Source: Epithemia pelagica (taxonomy: Eukaryota; Protista; Bacillariophyta). From it: a stretch of DNA of 64,000 bases. The notes under the pieces were generated by a model. The model was not told where the DNA came from. It ran no database searches and worked only from the letters and a program-made list of their open reading frames with translations. The DNA is taken from the NCBI GenBank assembly GCA_946965045.2, contig OX337238.1, positions 1,488,001 through 1,552,000 on the forward strand, written 5' to 3'. Below, piece by piece: positions 33,401 to 44,824 of this stretch (positions within the stretch are counted from its first letter, which is position 1; the number at the start of each line of letters is the position of its first letter). The position numbers were made by a program, and so were the translations under genes.

Positions 33401-35074
33401 CTTAGCCGAAGTGAAAGCAATCGGAACGCCTTAGAGAGAGAATGTGAGGCACTTAAGAAAATCATTGAAAGATGTCCAGCAGACTTGAATCAGTCAATGT
33501 CAGATCCCTCACCTTCTCTGCGTTCGTTAAGATCATCAAATTCCTCAGACCAAGGCAATAACCGTGATCTCGTGGGCCAACTAACATGGGAGAAAGAAGC
33601 TCTAGTGAAGAAATGCAAAGCCATGGAAGATGAAGTTGAATCGCTCCAAAAAGAAATGGACGCTTTCTCTGAAAATCTTGACATTTCAACTAAACTAACA
33701 TGGGAGAAAGAGGCACTGCTTAAAAAGTGCACCAACTTAGAAGACGAAGTCAAGATTTTGCATGAGAAGGTGAAAGAATTATCTGAAGATCTAGATCAAT
33801 CCTCAACAGCTCTTTCCAAGGTTCGAACAGAAAGAGATGTACTTGTGATAGCATGCAAAAGTTTGAGCGAGGAGAAAAAAGTCCTTTCTCAAGAGAAACT
33901 TCAGTTAGCTGATGAACTTTACGACGCCAACACTGAAGTCAAACAGCTTAGAGAACAGATCAGCCCTGCGCAACATGAATTAACCTCGGCATCAAGCAAA
34001 GAGAGTTCAGGCAGTATTGAGAGTAAATATCAGGTCGACATTGACCATTTGGCCAATAACAACACGCAGCTCCAAGAAGAACTCATGAAAACGCAAGTAG
34101 AGTTGGCAAAATCATCCTCACAGTTGTCCGAAAGTCAAAGGGAAGTCGAGAGTTTGAGAACCGGCAACCATCAAATGAAAAAGGAAAACGAAGAGCTGAA
34201 ACGACAGCAGTTGCGAAGTTTAGCGACAGGATCAAGTGATGGATCGTCGCAGTCAGAATCCGAGTATGAACGTGAATGGGCGCGACTGGCAAAGTCTTAC
34301 GACGAGGATGTACAAGCTTCGCTTGGAATCATAAAAGAATCATTCGAGTCGCAACAAGACGACACCGACCCCACACCTCAACGATATCTGGGATCAACCC
34401 CACTCGCAATCAATGTGCAGGATCAATCAAACTCTTCGTTGGTTCAGCGCATCGCGAGTAGAGAACGCGCGCTAAAAACTACAAATCATGTAGCACCAAG
34501 TCAGGTTCGCTGGCAAAATCCATTGACGTCCCTCAACATTGGGAAGTACGCCAATGCATCCACCCCACGACCTTCTTTGAGTGATATCAGCCGTCAGCCA
34601 GCAACCTCGGCTGTTCCTCGAGAGCGTAAAAGTGACCTATCGTGGCAAGAAGGAACAATCGCCTTCCAAATGTACATGAGAGGATATCCACATGCAGCGG
34701 TACCAGAATGGTTTCGAGATTGTCATGGTCGAAAACTTGGGAAATGGATTGAAGACTGTCGCCAAGATTGGAAAAGCGGAGCTTTGACTCATGAAAAAGC
34801 TGCTGCACTTGAGCGAATATGTCCTTTCTGGAAACTAACAGCGGACACTGAAGAGTCACCGCAACGGAATTTCTCCTTTGAGACCTGGTTGCAAGCGCTG
34901 GATTGTTATCAGAAGGCATACGGAAAAGTCGCTGCTATCCCAAAAGACTATCGGGATCCATACGGGCGAACTTTGGGATATTGGGTACAAAAACAACGAT
35001 TCAAGAGACGCAACGGGATTCTGAATCAGAAACAAATTGGTGAGCTAGACGCACGTGCATTCGTCTGGAAGTGA
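27462..35074 (+). CDS. Kinesin-like protein with degenerate motor, long coiled coil and two C-terminal helicase-associated (HA) domains; exons 27462-29181, 29261-30200, 30277-35074 (2485 aa)
   Basis: Introns GTATGT..TACAG (79 nt) and GTTCGT..ACTAAC..TATAG (76 nt) join three ORFs in frame. Kinesin landmarks FALDHVF, VSVLNIYQDQVGDML, LHLVDLSG, HKSLMALSRVI, HRDSK, ETQSILSFA. HA motifs LGKWIEDCRQ..LERICPFW and LGYWVQKQR..LDARAFVW. Confidence 0.85.
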
Positions 35075-35567
35075 TCACGACGAAGGGATTTAAGGGGACA
35101 TTTGAATTAACAAGGGGTATGTGCATAAGACCGACATTTCTCACCAGATCAGGGGCAACATTAATTTCAAATAAATATAGCGATAGAGATCTGTCACACC
35201 ATAGCGCAAGTTTTACCTACGTAGACTCAGTCACATCCTCTTGATGTCCGAGTCCCCAGCATGAAACTCTTTGCGACTGCGGAGGCATCCTCTGGTGCAC
35301 AATCAAAGCCCAAAGAAGCGACTTGACAGTGACTTACCGACATCGCGAAGCCATGCTGCCTCAGCTTTCACACATCCATATGATGTATTCAAATCTGTTG
35401 CCCTTCGTCTTCGTCCTGTTCAACTCTAACACCCAAACGTAAATTCAGATGTTGACTCTTTCTCTACCTGCTGGTAAGCAAATTCCGAGGCACAAACAGA
35501 CTGAAATTCCCAATGGATGTGATCGCTTGAGCAGGAGCGTAGTCGAACAGTTAGTCATCCCCTCATG

Positions 35568-38500
35568 TCATCTCTTGTCACCTTCATTGCCTGATGATTC
35601 ATTGATCATAGCTGCCAGCCCCGCAGATGTTTGATTTTGGCTTTGGTGCAAAGCGACAGCGATGCTTCCAAACCGTTTGCGTCCATGGATCGCGGTTCCG
35701 GCAACTCGGGTGCTTATGGTTCCCTTTTGGCAAAAAATGCTGGGGAACTCTTTGGTCATTTCGCGAACCTTAACCAATGCTCCCCATTCTTGATACAATA
35801 TCAAAGATTGATGGAGATACTCCTTTGCCCAGAACTCGTCTCGGCCATCATTTAACATAAATCGACCAGCCCGTTCGTACGCAATCGCACCATAATGGGT
35901 ATTGCCGCACCGAACCAATGAAGCAATAGCCTTGTCAAAGAGTACCTTGACTGCAGCCTTGTCCGCAAGTCAAAAGCTAGCTTCTTGTTCCGCCTCAAGA
36001 AGATGAAGCAAAGGAAGACTGTTGATCGTATGCATCTTCTTCAGTTCATTCAAACCTTTTCGGGCCACCCAAAGGTACCTCCGTAGTCGTTTGTTCCGAT
36101 AAAGCGCAAACCCAGCCAGACCATCCATCAATGCAAGCATATAATTGATAAAATGTGTTGCAGGGAATCGTCGAGCCTTCTTTTTAAGAATGAGGATTGA
36201 TTTCAGCGCAGATTCGACCATGTTCATATCATGGAGGACAATAGCAACAAACAAGCGCATATAATGTAACATTGTTCTCCCCGGTGTTTCTTCAAAGTGA
36301 GGAATTAGCTCCTTATCCTCTAGAATCCCAGCACGCATAGCATGTTCCCATGAGATATCGCGGGGGTTGTCTGATTCTCCAGTGATATTAAGGACGAATA
36401 ACATGGCGGGAATGGCAAATGCCAACTCTCTGTGTTGATTAAAGAGTTTGAGCTGTCCCACAAAGCTGCCAAGATCGGACAAGAATGGTTGAAGGGCAAG
36501 ACCACAGCTCAGGTAGAGGTGAATGTACTTGACCAAGCATATCACGCCAAAATATAAATCACCCGTTTCTATACCAATGCGGTACCCCATCAACGTCAGA
36601 TTCAAGCTCGAGGGCAGCGGCAACTGGAAATGCAAACACATGCCGTGAATGATGGAAGTTGTACAAGGCAAGTTTTCCTTGGTTGGATTGGCATGGAGGG
36701 CTAATTGGGAGAATCGATAGGCTTGTCCATACTTGTCCATATGTGCCAACATTTGCGCATAGGCTGCATAGGCCACCGAAGTTTCGGGGCACCACCCGTA
36801 ATTCAACGTGAGTTCAATCATTTTGCAAAAGACCATTCCAGTACATATTTTGTCTTCAGCCGTGAACCCAAAAATGGCGGAAGCTACCAGAATACGCATG
36901 GCCTTTTTGATTCGTTTGTCCGTCATGGGAGGAAGATGAATGAGATCATCGTCCGACAGTCCTTGCAACATGCGTTTGACACGAAAGGATTCGACAAACT
37001 AACAGGCCATATCATTCTCTCTTGTCGATACACCGAGCGCAGTGAGTGCTTCACGTGACTTTTCGACAGCTTGACGATTTTGCATTTGGGAGCTCAAGGT
37101 TTGAGCCAGGACGAGGAGAGCCGATGCTTTGTCTTCGGGCTGTTTGGCGAATTTGACAATCACGTCGACCAGTTGATTGCTCCGCTCAAAGTTGGACCGT
37201 GCTGATTCTGCAGCGGCCAAGCGATTGTAAATCTCGAGGACCAACTCGTACGAGAGGTCCCAATCCTTTTCTTTAATCAAGCTTGCACCCTTGCTCAAAA
37301 ACTCAAAGACGAGGCCTTCGGCTGATTGTTTGCGAGCGACACGGCTGGCATTCAAATTCAGTTGCATCAACGTCACACGATCGGTTTCTCCCTGAATGCA
37401 AGTCGCACCGCGATTCCATTGATCCGCGGCCAACAAGAGGTAGGGAGACTGCACCGCCGAAGATGTCGATGATGAGGGCAATCTACACAAGCCATGAATA
37501 TACGTTCCGATTTCATAGTGCACTTGACTTTGATAGGTACGTGGCACCAAGTCGTAGGCCAATTGACGAATTCGATCGTGTGAAAATTTGACACTGGATC
37601 GTGTGGACTCGACCAGACACTCCTCTTGTGCAATGTCGATGGCTTTTTGAAAGTCGAGTTGCGAGTCTGCAGTCTTAGAGGGTTGTGAGGTTTGTTCCTC
37701 TTGTTTGCGATTCCGTAAAATCTCTGTTTCATGATACAGTTGCTCCAGCAAGGAACGATCCATGGCAAAGCCGATACAGGCTGCGAGCTGTAACAAGCGC
37801 AGCACTTCGGCAGGCACGTCTTGGAGTCGCAGAGTGATACAGGCTGCGAGCGTGTCCGAGACATTGGTTTGCGCCACAATGCTTGTCATGATCCACTGCC
37901 ATTTGTGATCCATGCACGTCAAGACTTGGTTGCGTTGCAAATCACGGACAAACTCGGTACAAAACAACGGGTTGCCCTTAGTTTTGCGATGAACGACGCG
38001 TGACAAGTCTCGTGTTTCCGATTCCTCCATAGACAAGATATTGATTCACGGTGGCTTCGTCCCAATTGGCCACACAAATTTCTGCGACCGTGGGCGATAG
38101 ACGCAAGGAATCCAAAAAGGATTTCACAGTACTGTCGTCATTACGCTTTTCGTCCGAGACGGGGTCTGGGTCACGATATCCTATCACCCAAAACACATTG
38201 GATAGGCCATGATGCTGATTGTTGTTCTGGTCCACGAGCAATAGAGCCTTGAGAAGGTCTATGGAATTGGCATCGGCCCATTGAACATCATCGAGAAACA
38301 CGAGGAGTGGTCTACCAAACTCTTGAAACAAGACTTGACAACCCACTGCCAACAAGGCTGGTGCCAACCCCAAATGCTTCATTTCCTCGTGCGAAAAGTG
38401 TAAGCTTGAGCTACTGTTGCTTACGGAAGAAGAAGAAGTAATGTGTTGCGTAGTAGTCTCGTTCTCCACCAAATTGCGATTCTCTTCCCTCTTCTTCGTT

Positions 38501-38733
38501 TTGTTATTATTGTCATCCTCCAAGGTGGTTGTTGACTGAGGCGACAGAAAATTGTCAAAACTAGGTGCGACCGTGGCCAGTACCTTGGCTTCCATATTGA
38601 TATTGTCCCCAAAGGCTTCTTGCAAGGCGTCTCGTTCTTGAGGATTGTCTTCCTCCAAGACTTGAAGCACCAACGAGTCCAAGGCTTGACGAATGGCCGC
38701 AAAGGGACGAGACGGTTCAAATTTGCCTTGCAA
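35568..38733 (-). pseudogene. STAND-like ATPase + TPR-like pseudogene, 3' part (paralog of 1-1562)
   Basis: LQGKFE, LVFLDDVQWAD, HRKTKGNPLF, KFSHDRIRQLAYDL, AADQWNRG. Frameshift near 38030; in-frame TAG at 36999-37001 and TGA at 35970-35972, with homology continuing past both. Confidence 0.85.
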
Positions 38734-38739
38734 AAAAAA

Positions 38740-39324
38740 GGGTGCGATTGGGGGGGTACCTTTGTTCGTCCGTCATCCGAATGGAAAAAAATTGTCTGGT
38801 ATTTTTTCCCAAAGCGCCAGCCGGGTGATATCGCCAGCCTCTCTTCGATCGTTCGAAATCAACGCGCCGGTCACGCCTTGTATTGCTCCAAGAATCGTCT
38901 CACTTTTCGAGCAACACCACAAAAGACGACCATGAGCACACCAAAAACAAAAAGAAAACCATCCAGCCGGACGAACGACCACAGTGACAACTTTATGGTC
39001 AAAACCATCCACCTAGATCACAAGTGAAGGCAGAATGCATCAAAGGAAGGATGACAACATGAAACATGACAATCAACCACTGCAATGAACAATCAACCAG
39101 TGCACTAGTTGACAGCGTCATCATGGGGTATGTAAGCCCAGGAAGCAGGAAGCCTAAACTAGAAGTGGACTATGCTTTTATCTTTCCCATAGACAAAGTG
39201 CCAGGAGCTTGTTTTGATACTCCTCTAGAGGTGCATTGCACATTGCACCATGTGTGTGTATTTCATGGTATGGTGTGTGTGTGTTGTGTGTGTGTGATGA
39301 TTCCATGAAGCTAGATCCACTACT
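38740..39324. repeat. Second copy of the ~600 bp dispersed repeat (first copy 7168-7783)
   Basis: Both copies start GGGTGCGATTGGGGGGGTACCTTTG and end (TG)n..GATCCACTACT; they differ by small indels. Confidence 0.92.
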
Positions 39325-40935
39325 GCGTTCACCGTGTAGTGGGTGTAATACCGATCTTGAATCCTCTCAATACCCTGGTAGGCTCTCCAACAGTCGCTGA
39401 TGATGGTAGTACCTGGATGGATCCATTCTTTGATGATGAGGAGTAGAGTTTGCGCTTTTCGATCCTTGACGACAAAAGCAAAATTTCGACCAGCTTTACA
39501 CTTATTTCCGTCAAATTGCTCTTCCTGGAAGGGATTATTGGAGTTAGGCTCCAAACGCTCCACTCCCCCAAAAACCCAAGCACCCTCAACTCTATGGCCT
39601 CTCTGAGAAAAATAACAGAAGTAGTGTGAGAAATCGATCGGTAGTAAGCAGTCGCGGTCCCCCAAATAGTACTTACGTGACATTTTCTTTTTCCAAATTT
39701 GGACTCATCAATTTCCACGACCATTCCCGGTCCCCCAATCATATAGTTAGTTTCGGACGTGATCTCCAATGCGACTGCTTCTCGTAGGTAGTTGGCCCAA
39801 TTGGTCGCAGTTTCCGACGTGATCCCCAAGGTTTCAATAATTTGCGCTTGCGGAGTCTCGCGGATCCACTCGTAGACAAAATGTACGAACGTTGACTTCC
39901 GAATTTTCGAATTGCCCAAAATAGAATCCTTGAAGAGTGAGACACTCTTGAAATTGCAGCGTGTCTTCTGACACCGGAACAAAAAACAGTCATTGGAGTC
40001 AATGTTCTTGCTTTTTTGGCGGAGATTCCCCCCACACGCCGGGCATGCCACCGGAAGATCCACCATTCCCCGTCGCACAAGAAACACGACCGCAGAAATC
40101 TCGTCGAAGAACAAGTGGTATATCTCATCAGCGGGAGGGATAGACTGCTCCGTTTTTCGACGCTCCAAAAGATACGAGTACCGCGCACTTTTTTTGGCGG
40201 TTCCTCCTCACCCTCATTTTCCTCCTCTTCGGAAAGGACGTCGAAGCAGGACAAGGGTGTCTCGATGGAGCCTGCGGCCAAACGCAACAACTGAGTAAAG
40301 TCCATGGGGCGGGAAGCGGCCGTGTGGCATGGTGGCAGGATGTTGGATGCCGCTTTGGCGGCGAACTTTCGTGCTTCTGGCAGGGGCACCATCCTTTTTT
40401 GTGATAGTGGTTGGTCCATCGTCGTTGAAGCAACAGACCCAACAATCACCCCGTCGGAAGAAGAAGAAGAAGAAGAATGACGTGGACTCGGCGGAACAGG
40501 GAGGAAGGCGGAAGGGTCAGATAGCGTGGCGATTGGAGAACCCTGCGTCAGGGGACCGTCGGCGTCGACGGAGAAGGACGATGGTGACGGATGACGGCGG
40601 AAAAGTGACCCCCGTGGGCGAACAAAGTACTCGAAGGCATGCCCGGTGGAGTCTTGGGTGAGCATGGGGAAGACGGGGGCAGGGGCGAAGGGCAAGGGCG
40701 GAGGGCAGTCGACATCGCCGCAACAATCCACCACGGTTTCGTCGGACGAGACGGACGTCGTGTCCTGGGGCGATGGGAGGACGAAGGGATCGTCGCACGA
40801 TGGAAGCGACCCACCAGCGGCCGAAAGAGACACCCTTGGGAGGAAGGGGACAGCGGGAGCGGCGGTGGGAGGCCGGGAAGGGGCGCGACGGTAGGGATTC
40901 ACATGGGGGTAGGTGGTGTAGTTGAAAGGGGCCAT
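39325..40935 (-). pseudogene. Merlin (ISXO2/IS1595-like DDE) transposase, spliced, C-terminally truncated
   Basis: CPACG..C zinc finger; IGGPGMVVEIDESKFGKRKCH|RGHRVEGAWVFGGVER joined by a 74-nt intron (39676-39603, GTAAGT..TCTCAG); TTIISDCWRAY; YTHYTVN then homology stops. The P-rich upstream ORF joins by a -1 shift at an A7 run (40189-40195). Confidence 0.85.
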
Positions 40936-41498
40936 GGTGGAGGGTGGAGGGAGGCAAGGTGGAAAGGAAGGAGTGATTCAAAGAAGGAGTGAGGGACAAT
41001 GAGGGACCATTTATGACCAAGGCCGAAGGAAAAGGATGAGAGACTGGCCCACGAAGACAGTATAGAGATAAACCTACAGGTATAGGAAAATATAAGCTTT
41101 ACTACGCATTAGGAAGGAAGTAAATAGGGATGGGACACCCCAGGGAGGGCCCTGTGACACCCAAATTGTGTGACAAGGTCACAGGGTAGGTAGGTAGACG
41201 GTGCTGGTCATTACGATGATGAGAGTGGGACGAGAAAGAAAAGGGACCACAAATCACAAACCGTGGGAAAAGAAAACGGAAGGTAAGCTCCCCACGCACA
41301 AAGACACAAGACCTAGCCTGTGACGCAAAAAGCAGATGGTGACAAGAGGAGAACGAGCCCGCCGTACTCACTGGACAATAGTGACAACAAAGGGCAATAA
41401 GAGGAAAGCGAAATTGACGTTAAAAAAGCGTGGCACGAAAAAGAAGCCTAAGTATTCCAGTTCGAAAAATTGTGGTTCTAACAAAAATTTGAAACAGG

Positions 41499-42104
41499 AT
41501 GTCGTCGTCACCCCGCAATCCCAACGCGAGGAAGGGCACGTGCGCAGTCGTGGCTCAAGGCAAGTCGGAGCGATTGGGAGAAGTCGGATGGGTATCGAAA
41601 GAGTGGAACTGGGCAACAAACCGCATCGGTATTCGATTCATCAATCAGGACCGGACGTCGTATTTCCACCCAAAGAACATCGACTTCAAAGAAAGTCTCC
41701 CCCTAGCGATCACCACCCACCCGGCGTTCGAAGCATGGGCGACGAAGGAAAACCTTACCAACTACCGCGCGAAAGGCAAAGTGTACATCGACAGTGTGCG
41801 ATCGGAAGTGGAACCCAACCGCATGGTAGTCGAAAACGTCCCCCTGAAGCAAGAAGCGGAACCCGAACCAGTATACAGCACTATGCGCACAAGTAGTACA
41901 CAAGACAGGAACGAAGACACCCAACCGGCGGCAAGGAACACCAAGAACATCGAAGAACAGATCTCGCAGTTAACCAATATCATGGAGCAGATGGTGATTC
42001 GCTTGGAGCGCCTGGAGAAAAGGGCCAATCAAAACACTAGGAACAGCACAGACCCATTCGGAGACGAGAACGACTCAGTGACGAACTATAATTCCAATAA
42101 CTAG
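41499..42104 (+). CDS. Orphan ORF inside the insertion (beta-rich N-half, coiled-coil C-end)
   Basis: 201-aa ATG-started ORF; no family recognised. Confidence 0.4.
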   Translation: MSSSPRNPNARKGTCAVVAQGKSERLGEVGWVSKEWNWATNRIGIRFINQDRTSYFHPKNIDFKESLPLAITTHPAFEAWATKENLTNYRAKGKVYIDSVRSEVEPNRMVVENVPLKQEAEPEPVYSTMRTSSTQDRNEDTQPAARNTKNIEEQISQLTNIMEQMVIRLERLEKRANQNTRNSTDPFGDENDSVTNYNSNN

Positions 42105-42154
42105 TAGAAATAAAATAAGAATACGACTGTCCGAAGAACAAAGAGAGAGAGTAT

Positions 42155-42616
42155 CTAATTATTGCCTGGGGAAGAAGAGCGACCAATACTGGCCAAACGG
42201 GAATCCATCCACGTCAAAAGGGAAATCTTGGTATCACGCAGAGGCGCGCCAGAATCTTCAGGCTGGTCGTCGTCGTCCGCGCCGGATCCGAAGGGATCAT
42301 CCATGTCCCCTAAATGAAGACGGGCTTGCTCCAAGAGAGACTTATAGAAAATCGGATGGCGCGCAGCAAAGTCTTCAGGAGCGATATCAGGGAAGCGTTC
42401 TTGTAAGTAACCAAAAAAATGACGCGCCGGATCCTCGGAGAGAAAACGGAACTGGGCATCACTTAGGGCGTCGATGTCGCACGGATCGGATTCATCCGAC
42501 CCAACAGATCCAAAAACACTATCACCACCAACAGAGCGCGTGTCATCGTCATTGTCATCATCACCAGGGGCACGGGCTGAGGCCGGAGTCGAAGCAGGCG
42601 GAGTAGAAGTAGACAT
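42155..42616 (-). CDS. Orphan acidic ORF inside the insertion
   Basis: 153-aa ATG-started ORF, D-rich flanks around a helical core; convergent with 41499-42104. Confidence 0.4.
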   Translation of the reverse strand: MSTSTPPASTPASARAPGDDDNDDDTRSVGGDSVFGSVGSDESDPCDIDALSDAQFRFLSEDPARHFFGYLQERFPDIAPEDFAARHPIFYKSLLEQARLHLGDMDDPFGSGADDDDQPEDSGAPLRDTKISLLTWMDSRLASIGRSSSPGNN

Positions 42617-42923
42617 CGTGGAAAAAAAGTGAGCAGAAAGGTAGAAGTAGACAGCGGATGGTAGATAGCCTGCGCCAAGAAAGAGACCGAGCAGGCGATA
42701 GGTGCGCTTTAAAAGCAGGATGTCAGGCGCACAGAAAAGGTAAAAAACCTGTCCTAGAAACGCCGTCCACTACACTATAGAGCACAGTAAAAATAGGAAA
42801 CTTGTGCAAGGAGGACGGGCTGGAGCGGTCATTCAAAAGAGAGGGGCTATTCAACAACACCTACATCAGCTACACTACCTACAAGGGATGCTAGGCGGCC
42901 CAACAGAGTGCAGTCCCATATCC

Positions 42924-43184
42924 AAATGACAACCGATGGATGGTGTTGCAGTTGTTGACAAGTGTGGTTTTGCCCGATCCAGAAACTCCATGAACGATGC
43001 AACTCGTATTCGTCGTCGTATGGGACGGAGATGTCGGATTCAGTGGAGTTGTTGTTGTCGTCGTCGTCGGTAAGGAGTCACTCAACCACGAATCGACCAG
43101 GTTCCACAGTTGTTTCGTTTCGGCTGTTCTTCCAATCACTGCTACAGGAGGAGGACTCCTACTGTGGCGCTCCTCCTCCGTCAT
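42924..43184 (-). pseudogene. STAND-like ATPase pseudogene, 5' part
   Basis: MTEEER..VIGRTAETKQL..IVHGVSGSGKTTLV (Walker A); continues at 38733. Confidence 0.85.
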
Positions 43185-43276
43185 GGTAGTCTCCTGCTTC
43201 TTGGGTTCGGGAAGAGTGGTTCAGCGAGCGACGTCGTTGGTAAGATCAACGGCTCGACACAAACACCCCCATTTTT

Positions 43277-44824
43277 AGAAAGCGCGAATAGAGCGATCAC
43301 CAAAAAATTTGCTGTCGGCGATGAATCTGTGAAGAGCAGCAAAAGCGACCCATTCATGAAGTGGTAGCTTTTGGGTCGCTACGGACCATTCGATCCACGT
43401 ATGCTGTTGCGGAGAAGAAGAAGAGGCACGGACTTTCCTCGTCCACTCTCTTCTTTGTTCTTCAGGCACCGCAGAAATAGAATGTAATGGAAAAAAGTTC
43501 TTCCAAAATGGTATCCTCCTCTCGCTGCGCGCTCAGGCTCAAAATCGAGAGGTGGCGAGAAACATGAGAAGCCACGGTTCTCGACCACGATAGTTTTGGA
43601 CGGTTTCCGGACAGCCGTCTTAATCGCTGCCCATCCAAGAGAATGTGGGTGGTTTACGAAGAGAATGATTGTACCAATGATTGGGGAAGCGAAAGCGATA
43701 TACATATACAGGGTCTGGTCAAACATGTTTTGCAATCAGCAATTTATACCGTTTGTTTGAAAGGAAAAGTAAAGTGCTTCAACGAACTAAGCATTTTCGA
43801 CCTCCGCCCGGATATTTGGCTTATTTGCGCATCGGGGGTTCCAATCGGGGTGGTAGACGTAGAGAAACCAGGCGACGATAACGCCATTCAGAATCCTCAT
43901 GTACAGGGACAGCTCTTCGACTACATGCTGCGATTGCAAAGTTTCTTTGGTCTCGAACACGTCTTTGGAATTCTATCCACATACGAAAAATGGAGAATCT
44001 GTTGAATACCTCGATCAGAGAGAGCAGCTATTGCAACGGCGATTGCGCAAGTGGCGGACGAAATTGAAATAGAAGCACAAGGTGTGGTTCCAGCTAAAGT
44101 GGTTCCAGATAGAGTGTTGCATGGTCGCCCTACATTCTCCTGGAACGACCAAAATCTCCCCCGCATGCTCTGCATCTCAATTCTCAAAATGTACCACTCG
44201 CCAAGATCTCCAGTACAATTAATTGACGCCGTACATCACCATGGATGAACATCAATGGTCTTTGGGGCCCCATCGCGGTAAAGGATGAGTCCAGTCTCTG
44301 CCACACTGTACTCCTGCAGGTACACGCTGCCTGGAGATTTACGGCAGGGAATGGCGGGCTTGTACGGATGCTGGAATTGTTTGCTGTATCAAATTTCCAA
44401 TGGGCATACAATACGGCGAGTTTGTAGGGCAGGAAGAACAGCTGACGCAACTATATAACAAAGAGAAAAACCGGCATGCTGGTAGGTACCCAAGTCGGCT
44501 CGAGTGACTACCTCTAGGCTGTGTGGTCTGCCAGCTCTGATAATGAAATTTTATGTCCGCTCACGCTAAAAGACGACGGAACCCTCATAGAGAAGGATCG
44601 GTCGGCAGTGAAAATGGCCACTGAGAAGTTTGCTGCGAAAGGCTTGGTACATCAAGATCTGGCACTTCGACACGTTGGATTGCTTTCGCCGCCAAAGAAG
44701 AAACGAAACATTAGCAGAGGAGAGAAGAGTGAGCCGGAATCTGGGACAGGTTGGCGAAGAGAATGATCCTACAGTAGCAACAACCAAAATGATGGCTAAG
44801 TTGAACGAAATTCGATGGGAATGA
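43277..44824 (+). pseudogene. Decayed PD-(D/E)xK nuclease + kinase-like gene (Crinkler/RHS-effector-like architecture)
   Basis: LRPDIWLI..PIGVVDVEKPG, GQLFDYMLRL, FGILSTYEKWRIC* (TGA at 44003-44005 where Trp is expected), GLVHQDLALRHVGL (HxDLxxR catalytic-loop-like); several frame breaks. Boundaries approximate. Confidence 0.55.

Larger units (their letters stand above)
38734..42923. mobile_element. ~4.2 kb insertion (Merlin/IS1595-type transposase plus two orphan ORFs) splitting the STAND gene
   Basis: Joining 42924 to 38733 restores HRLSF|LQGKFE, which aligns with EKLYFLEGKFD of the paralog. No clear TIR pair or 8-9 bp TSD found. Confidence 0.75.
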
